From NCBI GenBank assembly GCA_964580055.1, contig CAZOJI010000011.1, forward strand, positions 34,759-98,758: a stretch of DNA of 64,000 nt, written 5' to 3'. The position numbers and the translations under genes are program-made. Below the pieces are notes generated by a model, which ran no database searches, had not been told where the DNA came from, and saw only the letters and a program-made list of their open reading frames with translations. The first letter of the stretch is position 1. The number at the start of each line of letters is the position of its first letter. The stretch is from an uncultured Gemmatimonadaceae bacterium (GTDB lineage: Bacteria > Gemmatimonadota > Gemmatimonadetes > Gemmatimonadales > GWC2-71-9). Below are positions 25,684 to 35,115 of the stretch, piece after piece.

Positions 25684-25704
25684 CTTACGGGTACTTCTCA
25701 TCTC

Positions 25705-26058
25705 TCAGTAAGAATGAGTGCCCAGCACGACCTCCACGCCGAACTTTTCCTCTAGAAGCGGCTTCAAGCTGTCAAAGTCTATCGGGCATTGAGCCGTTTC
25801 CATCGCCAACTTGACGCAGGTGCCCAGATGCAGCACGTCGATTGGGCGGTCCAGGTTACGGGTGGTTTCGTTTAGCAGCTTGACGCGAGGAACGGCGAGC
25901 CCGGGGCAGTCACCACAGTCGCTCATGGCCACGAGTTCGATGTTGTCGTGGCGGGCGAACTCACCGTTCTTCTCACTCATTCCCTTGTAACACTTCGCGC
26001 ATGCGATGCAGGAATAGTCCTTCACTCGTTTGCAGTATAAGATTGCTACGTTTGCCAT
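25705..26058 (-). CDS. CGGC-domain protein
   Basis: MANVAILYCKRVKDYSCIACAKC ... SDCGDCPG pattern typical of CGGC-domain proteins. Start moved to the internal ATG (26058). Confidence 0.65.
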   Translation of the reverse strand: MANVAILYCKRVKDYSCIACAKCYKGMSEKNGEFARHDNIELVAMSDCGDCPGLAVPRVKLLNETTRNLDRPIDVLHLGTCVKLAMETAQCPIDFDSLKPLLEEKFGVEVVLGTHSY

Positions 26059-26141
26059 TTTGTACTCTGATTCCCTGGAGGTCCATTCGGGTCTTCCACG
26101 CGTCTCCGCTGCGTGGAGCATTGCATTTCACACAATTTGGG

Positions 26142-26570
26142 TCAGGATTCGTATCCTTGAGCTGTATAGAACATGGCTCGGTCGAAGAACAGGACTGTAC
26201 GGTTGCTGAGCTGCATGGCGAGGCTCATGTCCATGGCCGAGTCCAACAAGCCGTCCGACTCGATCTTCAGCCAGAGCACGCGCCTGGTGACGATCAAAGC
26301 CTGTAAAACCTCAGAGAGCTTGAACCCCTCGTCGCGCCTGTGCTGCCCAAGCGTGAAATAGATGCGTTTGATTTCGACCTTCGTGGCGGCGTCCGAAAGC
26401 CACTTGCCGAGCTGACTGTAGACACTGAAAGCTCGCTCGTGCAACTGATCGCAGTCGTATGTGTGATACGTTGGAGTGTCGGGATGAGTGGTGACTATGT
26501 CCATCCACTTCCTCGTCAGTTCCTCGGCATTGTTCTCGATCAACCCGACCAGTCTTCGAGAGAGGGGCAT
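26142..26570 (-). CDS. Stand-alone RsbR-N/globin-like sensor-domain protein, paralog 1
   Basis: 142 aa. A GGAGGA RBS lies 8 nt before ATG 26570. Collinear with paralog 2 (for example, ERAFSVYSQLGKWLS is identical). Confidence 0.65.
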   Translation of the reverse strand: MPLSRRLVGLIENNAEELTRKWMDIVTTHPDTPTYHTYDCDQLHERAFSVYSQLGKWLSDAATKVEIKRIYFTLGQHRRDEGFKLSEVLQALIVTRRVLWLKIESDGLLDSAMDMSLAMQLSNRTVLFFDRAMFYTAQGYES

Positions 26571-26704
26571 TTCCTTATCCTCCAAATGAGACGTAATACG
26601 TTTGGTTCGTATCGCTGCTCGCGGGATGCCATCTGCACAACGATCACTTCAGCAGTGTCGTTACCCGCGCGATTGCAGTCTGGAGGTAAACCTGGATTGC
26701 TCCC

Positions 26705-27133
26705 TCAGGTCTCGTATCCCTGCGCGGCGAAGAACATTGCTCGATCGAAGAATAGGATCGTATTGTTACTGATTTCCATACCCTCGTGCATGCTCGAGAT
26801 GTCTTCTAGAAGGTCGCCTCTCGGTAGCTTCAGCCAAAGCACGCGCCGCGTGATCATCAGTGCCAGCAGCAATTCGGAGAGCTTGAAGCCTTCCTCCCGC
26901 CGCTGCTTACCAAGCGCGAAATACACCTCTTTGATGTCGTCTTTTGTCGTCTCCTCAGACAGCCACTTGCCGAGTTGGCTGTAAACGCTGAATGCGCGCT
27001 CGTACAGTTTCTTCTCTTCGTATGTACGATATGTCGGCATGTCGGGGTGCGTGCGCACCACGTCGATCCACTTCCTGGTCAACTCGTCCGCGGTATCCTC
27101 GATGAGTCTGACTAGTTTTCCCTTTAGCTGCAT
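26705..27133 (-). CDS. Stand-alone RsbR-N/globin-like sensor-domain protein, paralog 2
   Basis: 142 aa. GAGGTG RBS before ATG 27133. Collinear matches to paralog 1: ELTRKWIDVVRTHPDMPTYRTY, RREEGFKLSELLLALMITRRVLWLK and LFFDRAMFFAAQGYET. Confidence 0.65.
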   Translation of the reverse strand: MQLKGKLVRLIEDTADELTRKWIDVVRTHPDMPTYRTYEEKKLYERAFSVYSQLGKWLSEETTKDDIKEVYFALGKQRREEGFKLSELLLALMITRRVLWLKLPRGDLLEDISSMHEGMEISNNTILFFDRAMFFAAQGYET

Positions 27134-27395
27134 ATGTTCCACCTCTACAATGTATGACCGGCGAATCGCACTCGAACATGTCAACCGTCTCGTCTGTTGC
27201 TTCGAAATGGGCAAGGAACGACGTCCATGTCTCGCTTCCAGGTCGAGGCGGTACCGTAGAACGTTATCCCGTTGTCAGGTATGTTGCAATGCGGCCCGAT
27301 TGTCTAAGTGCCTATTGCCGCGCTCCGTGTCAGTATTATGCTAAAATCGGCAAGTGACAATTGGCACATGCGATCCTAGCTTGTTATGAGATGAT

Positions 27396-27415
27396 TCATT
27401 CGAATTCTCGAATGA
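27396..27415. promoter_or_regulatory. Palindrome TCATTCGA-N4-TCGAATGA in the divergent promoter region
   Basis: 8-bp perfect inverted arms separated by ATTC, about 40 nt upstream of the ThrC-like ATG (27457). Confidence 0.25.
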
Positions 27416-27456
27416 CCCGAGTATTTTCACACAACCGAAAGGAAGAAACAGTACGA

Positions 27457-28608
27457 ATGCCCGAATTCAGTTGGTCTCTAGAGTGTTCTGAGTGCAGCGT
27501 ATCATCCGATGCCGCCGGTCTTCCAACCGTGTGCCCGGAGTGTGGAGCTCCTTGGCTGGTTCGTCATAAGGCTTTTCCCGAGCCCTCGGCAAAGGCAACA
27601 TACGGCAGTCGCCCATGGTCGATGTGGCGATACCACGATTGGATGCCGCTGATGACGGGCGAGTCCCCTGTCACGCTCGGCGAAGGTGCAACTCCCATGA
27701 TATCGGTGCCCGAGTTCGCCAAGGAGTATTCGCTCGAATATTTGTGGGTGAAGGATGAGGCGCTCAATGCAACGGGCTCTTTCAAGGCGAGAGGCATGTC
27801 GGCAGCCATCACACGAGCCGCTGCTGGCGGCGCGCAGGCGTTTTCGACACCGACTGCCGGAAATGCGGGAGTGGCTCTCAGCGCGTACGGAGGCCGTGCC
27901 GGTTTGCCCGTCACGGTGTTTGCGCCGCGCACGACCCCCAAAACGATCCTGACACAAATACAAGTCTTCGGTGCCGATCTCGAGTTGATAGACGGTCACA
28001 TTGGGGACTGTGGCAAGGCGGCTCGCGAGTTTGCCGCCGAGCACGATGCGTTCGACGTGTCGACACTTCGGGAACCTTACCGCATAGAGGGCAAGAAGAC
28101 CATGGGGCTCGAAGTGGCTGAAGCTCTCGGCTGGCATTTCCCGGATGCTCTGATATACCCGACTGGTGGCGGGACGGGCCTCATCGGCATGTGGAAGGTC
28201 TTCAAGGAGCTGCGGGAGGCCGGTTGGGTGGAGGGCGATCTGCCTCGGTTATACAGCGTTCAGGCTGAGGGATGCGCTCCGGTGGTGCGAGCGTTCGAAT
28301 CCAAAGCTTCCGCGACCGAACCTTGGGAGAATCCGAAGACGGTTGCCTGGGGTTTGAGAGTGCCGGCTCCTCTCGGCGGCAAGCTATGTTTGCGGGCCCT
28401 GCACGAAACGGACGGAGCCGCCGTGGCAGTGAGCGATGAAGCCGCGACTTCCGGTGCTACTAAGATGGCTCATACCGCGTCTATCGATGCTTCACCCGAA
28501 GGCGGCGCCACCGTGGCGGCTCTCGAAAAATTGATCGAAACCGGGCACATCCAAAAAGGCGAAGCGGTGGTTCTGTTCAATACCGGAGCAGGGTGGCTAT
28601 ATCGTTGA
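27457..28608 (+). CDS. Threonine synthase family PLP enzyme with N-terminal zinc ribbon
   Basis: Has CSECS...CPECG, the PLP-lysine motif TGSFKARG, and PTGGGTGLIG. AAAGGAAG RBS before ATG 27457. Confidence 0.75.
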   Translation: MPEFSWSLECSECSVSSDAAGLPTVCPECGAPWLVRHKAFPEPSAKATYGSRPWSMWRYHDWMPLMTGESPVTLGEGATPMISVPEFAKEYSLEYLWVKDEALNATGSFKARGMSAAITRAAAGGAQAFSTPTAGNAGVALSAYGGRAGLPVTVFAPRTTPKTILTQIQVFGADLELIDGHIGDCGKAAREFAAEHDAFDVSTLREPYRIEGKKTMGLEVAEALGWHFPDALIYPTGGGTGLIGMWKVFKELREAGWVEGDLPRLYSVQAEGCAPVVRAFESKASATEPWENPKTVAWGLRVPAPLGGKLCLRALHETDGAAVAVSDEAATSGATKMAHTASIDASPEGGATVAALEKLIETGHIQKGEAVVLFNTGAGWLYR

Positions 28609-28659
28609 TCTCGTGGTTTTGCGACGGTAACTGCTTGTCACCTTGGTACTGGAGGTGCA

Positions 28660-29703
28660 ATGCTTTATAGGATTTTGGCTAAAGACGAGTGGATTCGTCT
28701 CGTCGAAAATATGTTGGGGGCGGGGGAGGTCATAGGACCCAAGAAGATTACAACCGACAGGCACGGCAAGGATGTACATCAATACCTGCCAGTCCAGAGT
28801 GTCGCGGAAATCGATCTGGGGTACGAGACCACGGAATATTCGGCGAAGACGTACTTCCTGCCATTCAAGGAAACGTTGTCCGAATACCGCTTCATCGAAG
28901 ACGACTGGGAACAGGAGATACGGTACCGCCTCCAGCCAAGAGCAATTGTCGGTCTTCATGCTTGTGACATCAATAGCTTGCTGAAGCTCGACAAAGTCTT
29001 CGTTCACGGTATGTTCCCGAGTCCGTACTATGTGTCCCGTCGTGAAAACACGTTCATCGTCGGCGTCGACCACGACCCTTGCGAGGGTGGATTCTGTAGA
29101 TCGCTCGGTACTGACACGGTGACCCACGGTTTCGACCTGTTTCTGACCGACTTGGGTGACCGCTATTTCGTGGCTGTCGGTTCCGACACTGCTTATACCG
29201 CGCTCATGCAGGTGGAAAACCGGGAGATCACCGAGGCCGACACACAGGATTATCTGGAGGTTCGCAGGCGAATCGCGGATGGATTCGAAACCAAGATCGA
29301 CGCTAACAACCTCTCAAACCTCCTCGATATCGAATTCGAATCAGATGTTTGGACCCATTGGGGTGATAAGTGTCTTAGCTGCGGAAGTTGTGCGATGGTC
29401 TGTCCCACGTGCTACTGCTATGGGGTGACGGAATGCCAGTCTATGGACGGGACCTCCGCGCGCCGAGTCAAGCAGCTCCATTCCTGCAACTTCATCGATT
29501 TTGCGCGTGTCGCCGGGGGACACAATTTCCGGCCCGGACGGGCCACGAGATTGAAGTACCGGTACTACCACCAACACCGTGGATTCGCGGAAGCGTACGA
29601 ACAGGCAAAATGTGTCGGTTGTAACCGATGCGGCCGCGTTTGCCTGGCCGGAATCAACCCGCCGGCCGTCATTGCGGATCTGCAGGAAGAGGGTGTGCGA
29701 TGA
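28660..29703 (+). CDS. hydB: Group 3b [NiFe] hydrogenase (sulfhydrogenase-type) beta subunit, FeS protein (AsrA-like)
   Basis: Has CLSCGSCAMVCPTCYC and CVGCNRCGRVC. Gene order B-G-D-A matches the Pyrococcus sulfhydrogenase operon. Confidence 0.8.
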   Translation: MLYRILAKDEWIRLVENMLGAGEVIGPKKITTDRHGKDVHQYLPVQSVAEIDLGYETTEYSAKTYFLPFKETLSEYRFIEDDWEQEIRYRLQPRAIVGLHACDINSLLKLDKVFVHGMFPSPYYVSRRENTFIVGVDHDPCEGGFCRSLGTDTVTHGFDLFLTDLGDRYFVAVGSDTAYTALMQVENREITEADTQDYLEVRRRIADGFETKIDANNLSNLLDIEFESDVWTHWGDKCLSCGSCAMVCPTCYCYGVTECQSMDGTSARRVKQLHSCNFIDFARVAGGHNFRPGRATRLKYRYYHQHRGFAEAYEQAKCVGCNRCGRVCLAGINPPAVIADLQEEGVR

Positions 29704-30608
29704 CGGGTCTGTTTTATCCCTACGACGTGACCCGGGAAGCCGAGGTCAGAGAGCCGCTCGACTTTAAGCGAAGAAGTCGCCTGCAACATGTGGATCGCAC
29801 CTTTAAAGCCGAGATCACGAACGTCACGAAACTGACGGATATGGAGAAGCTGTTCCACATTCGGCTGTTGAGGGAGAGTGAACGCGAGCGTTTCACGTTC
29901 TTGCCCGGCCAATTCGTAATGGTCGAGGTTCCTGGTTACGGAGAAATCCCTATATCAATTTCCGGCTCAACTACGCAGAGGGGGATTCTGGAACTCTGTA
30001 TCCGGAGAGTTGGGTTGGTTACCGGAGTGTTGCACAGAACCAGTCCGGGAGCGTTGATCGGCATCCGCGGTCCCTTTGGTACGCATTTCCCGTTGGGGCG
30101 GATGAAGGGCAACAACGTCTTGCTCATCGCCGGGGGGCTGGGTTTGGCTCCTCTGCGCTCGGCGATATTTGCCGTGACAGAGAGCCGAGCCGACTACGAG
30201 GACGTGCATATTCTGTATGGTACTGCTACGCCTAGCAATCTCTTGTTCGACTATCAGTACGAACAATGGCGGCGAGTCAACGGCGTGAAGCTTTCGATAA
30301 TCGTTGACCGCGGTGATGAGAATTGGGGAGGCCCCGTCGGTCGCATCACCGATTTGTTGCCGAATGTGGGCGGCGTGGCGCGTGACACGTACGCAATAGT
30401 CTGTGGCCCTCCCGTGATGTTCAAGTTCGTGTGCAATTGGCTGAGTGAACAGGGTATGCCCATGCAGCGAATGTTCGTTTCTCTCGAGCGACGAATGCAC
30501 TGTGGAATGGGCAAGTGCTGCAGGTGCAACGTTGGCTCGACCTACACCTGTTTGTCGGGGCCGGTTTTCGACTATTGGACCGTTATGAACCTGAAGGAAG
30601 CGATCTGA
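29700..30608 (+). CDS. hydG: Group 3b hydrogenase gamma subunit (FAD/NAD(P)-binding, 2Fe-2S; AsrB/PyrK-like)
   Basis: Ferredoxin-reductase fold with C-terminal HCGMGKCCRCNVGSTYTC. ATG 29700 overlaps the hydB stop (ATGA). Confidence 0.8.
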   Translation: MTGLFYPYDVTREAEVREPLDFKRRSRLQHVDRTFKAEITNVTKLTDMEKLFHIRLLRESERERFTFLPGQFVMVEVPGYGEIPISISGSTTQRGILELCIRRVGLVTGVLHRTSPGALIGIRGPFGTHFPLGRMKGNNVLLIAGGLGLAPLRSAIFAVTESRADYEDVHILYGTATPSNLLFDYQYEQWRRVNGVKLSIIVDRGDENWGGPVGRITDLLPNVGGVARDTYAIVCGPPVMFKFVCNWLSEQGMPMQRMFVSLERRMHCGMGKCCRCNVGSTYTCLSGPVFDYWTVMNLKEAI

Positions 30609-30612
30609 CGCC

Positions 30613-31395
30613 ATGAAGTATCTGGGCATTGAACCGAAGAAACCTCGGGTGGCCGTGTTCGATTTCACGTCTTGTGAGGGTTGCGAGCTTCAATTGGCCA
30701 ACAAGGAAGAAACGCTCGTCGACTTTCTGGGATCCATAGAAGTGGTCGATTTTCGTGAGATCTCTTCGGCCCGCAGCGAAGAGTACGACATAGCGCTCGT
30801 CGAGGGATCGGTCACCCGCGCTGACGAAATAGAACGCCTTCTAAAGATCCGCAAACGAGCCAAGACTCTGGTGGCTCTGGGTACATGCGCCTGTTTCGGC
30901 GGCGTCAACAAACTGAAGAACGAGTTCGATTTGACGGACGCCAACCGCGAGGTATACGGAGATCGCACCAAGGAAACGCTACCGGCACGAGCTGTCGACG
31001 AGCTGGTGAAGGTGGATCTCAAGATCCCCGGCTGTCCCATCTGCAAGGACGAGGTAGAAAGCATACTTCAGCATCTCGTCTGGGACATTCCTTACACGTT
31101 CCCAGCCTATCCGGTATGCCTGGAGTGTAAACAGCGCTTCACCGTTTGTGTGTGGGATCTCGATTATCCGGAAGGCGGCTCGGACAAACTGGGCCAGTTG
31201 TGCCTGGGGCCGATCACGCGCGCCGGCTGCAACGCACCTTGCCCTGCGGGCGGCTTGGGGTGCTGGGGGTGCCGCGGCCCGGCCGAAGACGCGAACATCG
31301 AATCGTTCCTGGCGATAGCAAACGAGAGAGGTTTCAGTGCACGCGAGATCGAAGAGCGGTTTGAGTTCTTTGGTGCATTCGAGGGTGTGAAATGA
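30613..31395 (+). CDS. hydD: Group 3b [NiFe] hydrogenase small (delta) subunit
   Basis: Has FDFTSCEGCELQ and ALGTCACFGG cluster-binding motifs. No Tat signal, so cytoplasmic. Confidence 0.85.
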   Translation: MKYLGIEPKKPRVAVFDFTSCEGCELQLANKEETLVDFLGSIEVVDFREISSARSEEYDIALVEGSVTRADEIERLLKIRKRAKTLVALGTCACFGGVNKLKNEFDLTDANREVYGDRTKETLPARAVDELVKVDLKIPGCPICKDEVESILQHLVWDIPYTFPAYPVCLECKQRFTVCVWDLDYPEGGSDKLGQLCLGPITRAGCNAPCPAGGLGCWGCRGPAEDANIESFLAIANERGFSAREIEERFEFFGAFEGVK

Positions 31396-32669
31396 AAGTC
31401 AATCTGGATGTCGACCTGCATCACCTCCCCCGAGTCGAGGGCCATGGGAATATCAAAGTCCGGGTGAGGGATGGAAATCTGGAGGAGGCTACCTGGGAAG
31501 TAGTCGAGACACCTCGCTTCTTCGAGGTCATGCTCAAGGGAAAGCACTACTCCGCTGCCCCGATTCTGACTTCGCGAATCTGTGGCATCTGCTCCATCGC
31601 GCACTGCCTCACAAGCCTCGAGGCGACTGAACATGCGTTTGAAATTACCATACCGGAGCGCGCGTCCAAGCTGAGGCTGCTTGCGAAGCACGGAGAGACG
31701 CTGCAGAGCCATTCGTTGCACATCTTCTTCCTGGCTGCACCCGACTTTCTTCGCCTGCCGAGCGTTATTCCATTGATCGCAACACACCCGCAAGTGGTGG
31801 ACATCGCCCGGCGTATCAAGGGCTTGGCGAATCGGCTTTGCGATGTGGTCGCCGGGAGAACTACCCATCCCGTAACTCTGTGCGTTGGCGGTGTTTCTGC
31901 CGTGCCCGATGCTGCGGCGTTGGCAGGCCTTCGCGATGACCTGGTCAACTCCGTTGAGGACCTCAAGACTGCGGCAGAAGTGTTCGCTTCCTTTGATATC
32001 CCGGACTTCACCCGTGAGACCGAGTTCATATCGCTCAAGGGTGAGGAAGAGTATCCGTTCATCGGCAGGAATATGGTTTCCTCCGACGGTGTCGAACGGT
32101 CAGCAGCCGACTATCTGCAGATGACCAACGAATACGTGGTGGAACGTGGCACGTCCAAGTATTGCAGGCTATCGAGAGAGTCGTTTGCGGTCGGTCCGCT
32201 CGCTCGCTTCAACAATAATCACCAGCACCTGCGCCACGAGGCCTTGCAGATTGCCGCGGAGCTCGGTCTTGAACCGGTGTGCCACAATCCCTTCATGAGC
32301 AACGTAGCCAGAGTTGCCGAGTGTGTGCATGTGGTGCTCGAGGCCGTTCGTCTAATCGATGAGCTGATAGTATGCGATGAAGGCGACGCTGGTCGCGCAG
32401 ACGCAACGCCGCGCAGCGGAGTGGGCGTGGGTGTGGTCGAGGCGCCGCGGGGTATTCTGTATCACTGCTACGAGTATGATGGCGACGGAAGGATTGTAAG
32501 GGCCGACTGCGTGATTCCCACAACGCAAAACCACGCGAACATCCAGCACGATTTGGACAATCTGGTTCCAGAGTTCGTGTCGGAAACAATGACGGACGAC
32601 GACCTCGAACTGCTCTGCTCGATGTTGGTACGTGCCTACGACCCGTGCATCTCATGTTCAGTGCATTAG
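31392..32669 (+). CDS. hydA: Group 3b [NiFe] hydrogenase large (alpha) subunit
   Basis: N-terminal RICGICSIAH and C-terminal DPCISCSVH Ni-Fe ligand motifs. The protein ends exactly at the His. Overlaps hydD by 4 nt. Confidence 0.9.
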   Translation: MKVNLDVDLHHLPRVEGHGNIKVRVRDGNLEEATWEVVETPRFFEVMLKGKHYSAAPILTSRICGICSIAHCLTSLEATEHAFEITIPERASKLRLLAKHGETLQSHSLHIFFLAAPDFLRLPSVIPLIATHPQVVDIARRIKGLANRLCDVVAGRTTHPVTLCVGGVSAVPDAAALAGLRDDLVNSVEDLKTAAEVFASFDIPDFTRETEFISLKGEEEYPFIGRNMVSSDGVERSAADYLQMTNEYVVERGTSKYCRLSRESFAVGPLARFNNNHQHLRHEALQIAAELGLEPVCHNPFMSNVARVAECVHVVLEAVRLIDELIVCDEGDAGRADATPRSGVGVGVVEAPRGILYHCYEYDGDGRIVRADCVIPTTQNHANIQHDLDNLVPEFVSETMTDDDLELLCSMLVRAYDPCISCSVH

Positions 32670-32755
32670 AGATATCGTAAGCCCGCAGGCGTGTTGCCTG
32701 ACGTGTGACACAGTGCTATCTCTGAATCGCCCGTACCTTGACTCGGAGTTTGCAA

Positions 32756-34795
32756 ATGTGTATGCACGGTTTTCCGCGGGTTTTCGCCCGCATGCTGCTG
32801 CCTTTCCTCTTCACGGTAGTCCTGTTCGCATTCTCTCATTCCTCCCTCGACGGTCAATCACGGCGTGTTGTCACCGTCGACGACTTGTTTGAGATCAAGA
32901 GCGTTGGAGACCCTCAAATCAGCCCGGACGGTGAGTGGGTCGTCTATACCGTGCGGACGACTAACCTGGAGGATGAGAGCAGCGAAACCGGCATCTGGAT
33001 GATTTCTTCTGCCGGCGGAGAGGCGATCCAGATGACGGCGCAAGGGTATTCAGCCAATCGACCACGATGGAGTCCGGACGGCAAGTATCTGTCCTTTCTG
33101 GCATCGAGGGGAGAAGACCGGACACAGGTCTGGACTTTGAACAGGCTTGGCGGCGAGGCGCAACAGCTCACCGAAGTGGAACAGGGGGTCGCCAGCTACA
33201 GTTGGTCGCCGGATGGAACGAAGCTACTGCTGACTGTTCGTGATCCTGAGGAGAAAGATCACTCTGAGGACGACTCCGAGCCCCGCAAGCCGTGGGTGAT
33301 CGACAGACTTCAATTCAAGCGTGACGGAGTGGGGTACCTAACGGGAAACCGTCATACTCACCTCTACATCTTTGATGTGGCTACGAAAGAAATAACCCAG
33401 ATCACTTCGGGAGATTTCGACGAATCTCAAGCGGTATGGAGCCCGGACGGTGCGCGCATCGCATTCGTGAGCAACCGTACCGACAATCCTGACGGCGATT
33501 CCAACACCGATATCTGGATTGTGGCGGCGGAAAACACCGACGAAGGAAAGACTCTGCTCCAAGTAACGACCAACCCTGGTGCGGACCGCTCGCCCGCGTG
33601 GAGCCCCGATGGTGAGTCTATTGCTTACGTCACCATCACTGAACCGGATCTGATCTGGTACGCCACAAACCATTTGGCGGTTGTGCCGGTGGAGGGTGGT
33701 ACGCCGCGTATTCTCACGGCATCGCTCGACCGCAATGTCAGCTCCCCGTGTTATTCCCAGAACGGGAGGTTCATCTATTTCGGATTGGAGGACAGCGGCG
33801 AGAATCACTTGGCGCGTATAGCGGTGTCAAACGACAGAGTGACTCGTCCGATTGCCGGTCCTATGAGTGCACGTAGCTTCGCCTATGGTCCCGACGGAAT
33901 GATCGCGGCCCTGGTGTCGCGTACCGATCTGCCGAGAGAAGTCTTTGTGTTGGACCGCGATGAGTTGAGACAACTCAGCGCCGTCAACGCCGATTTCCTG
34001 TCGGGGGTACGACTGGCCGAGGTGAGAAACGTCCAGTTTCCCAGCGGCGATGGCACTGAGATCGAGGGGTTTATCTACCTGCCTCCAGGTTTCGATCAAG
34101 CGATGCGTTATCCCACCCTGCTGCGCATCCACGGCGGTCCCGTCTCGCAATACAGTCACAGTTTCAGCTTCCAAGCACAGCTCTTCGCGGCGAACGGATA
34201 CGTTGTCGTCATGACCAACCCTCGCGGTTCTTCCGGGTACGGTCAGGAGTTTTCGCGAGCCATATGGGCGGATTGGGGCAACAAGGATTATGAAGACGTG
34301 ATGGCGGGCGTCGACTACGCCATAGCCCAGGGATACGCCGATCCCGACCGACTCGGCGTAGGCGGATGGTCTTACGGTGGGATCCTGACCGATCACGTCA
34401 TAACCAAGACGGATCGCTTCGAGGCAGCGATCACAGGGGCGAGCGAAGTGCTGTACGTCGCCAACTACGGACACGATCATTACCAACTGCAATGGGAGAA
34501 GGAGCTGGGGCTGCCGTGGGAGAACCGGGAGGCTTGGGAACGCATATCTCCATTCAACAGGGTAGAGGAAATCGTCACACCCACTCTGATCATGGGAGGC
34601 GAACGCGACTGGAACGTGCCAATCCAGAATTCGGAACAGCTCTATCAGGCACTGAAACGGTTGGGCCGAGAAACTCAACTAGTGGTGTATCCGGGGCAGT
34701 CACACGGTTTGCGTGTGTCCTCGTACCAAAAGGACCGACTGGAACGGTATCTGGCTTGGTATGACAAATACGTAAAGGATGTGGAGCGGCATTAA
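32756..34795 (+). CDS. Secreted S9 family serine peptidase (prolyl oligopeptidase/acylaminoacyl peptidase type) with N-terminal beta-propeller
   Basis: Signal peptide. Repeated SPDG propeller motifs. Nucleophile elbow GGWSYGG. Late GQSHGL His. Start is ambiguous (32738, 32756 or 32762). Confidence 0.85.
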   Translation: MCMHGFPRVFARMLLPFLFTVVLFAFSHSSLDGQSRRVVTVDDLFEIKSVGDPQISPDGEWVVYTVRTTNLEDESSETGIWMISSAGGEAIQMTAQGYSANRPRWSPDGKYLSFLASRGEDRTQVWTLNRLGGEAQQLTEVEQGVASYSWSPDGTKLLLTVRDPEEKDHSEDDSEPRKPWVIDRLQFKRDGVGYLTGNRHTHLYIFDVATKEITQITSGDFDESQAVWSPDGARIAFVSNRTDNPDGDSNTDIWIVAAENTDEGKTLLQVTTNPGADRSPAWSPDGESIAYVTITEPDLIWYATNHLAVVPVEGGTPRILTASLDRNVSSPCYSQNGRFIYFGLEDSGENHLARIAVSNDRVTRPIAGPMSARSFAYGPDGMIAALVSRTDLPREVFVLDRDELRQLSAVNADFLSGVRLAEVRNVQFPSGDGTEIEGFIYLPPGFDQAMRYPTLLRIHGGPVSQYSHSFSFQAQLFAANGYVVVMTNPRGSSGYGQEFSRAIWADWGNKDYEDVMAGVDYAIAQGYADPDRLGVGGWSYGGILTDHVITKTDRFEAAITGASEVLYVANYGHDHYQLQWEKELGLPWENREAWERISPFNRVEEIVTPTLIMGGERDWNVPIQNSEQLYQALKRLGRETQLVVYPGQSHGLRVSSYQKDRLERYLAWYDKYVKDVERH

Positions 34796-34832
34796 GCCAG
34801 TTTCTCTCCACTCGATCTATCAGGAGGGACCG

Positions 34833-35036
34833 ATGGATTACACGAATGAACCGTCTCAATCCGACAATGAAGTGCCGGTTTCCGACGACCGCACGGCCGT
34901 GACTAGTGCGGGGTTCGATCCGGCCGAGATCCCAGTTTGGCCGAGAACGGCATTACAGATGACATTTGGAGGCAGACGCCCTGGTAGCTGCGCGGCGCAG
35001 CTCATAGGTTTGGAGATGGTTGGAGCGGTGCAGTGA
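34833..35036 (+). CDS. Small hypothetical ORF (67 aa)
   Basis: AGGAGG lies 5 nt upstream of ATG 34833, inside a 320-bp gap. No recognisable motif. Confidence 0.25.
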   Translation: MDYTNEPSQSDNEVPVSDDRTAVTSAGFDPAEIPVWPRTALQMTFGGRRPGSCAAQLIGLEMVGAVQ

Positions 35037-35115
35037 CGCAATTGCGAGCTGCGGTTCAGCATCCTTTGAGGGACTTCATTCTCACACTGTCTAGCGTGGA
35101 GAAAGATAACAAGGC

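Noticed and set aside
27457-28608. ThrC-like enzyme as a cysteate synthase (sulfite plus phosphoserine), linking it to the sulfite-producing pathway.
   Set aside because: It is attractive by context, but I cannot tell cysteate synthase from genuine threonine synthase by eye. Only generic ThrC-family motifs are seen.
1-32669. Sulfur-metabolism supercluster as a mobile genomic island.
   Set aside because: No integrase, transposase, tRNA attachment site, flanking direct repeats or conjugation genes are visible. A transferable origin remains possible, but this window does not show it.
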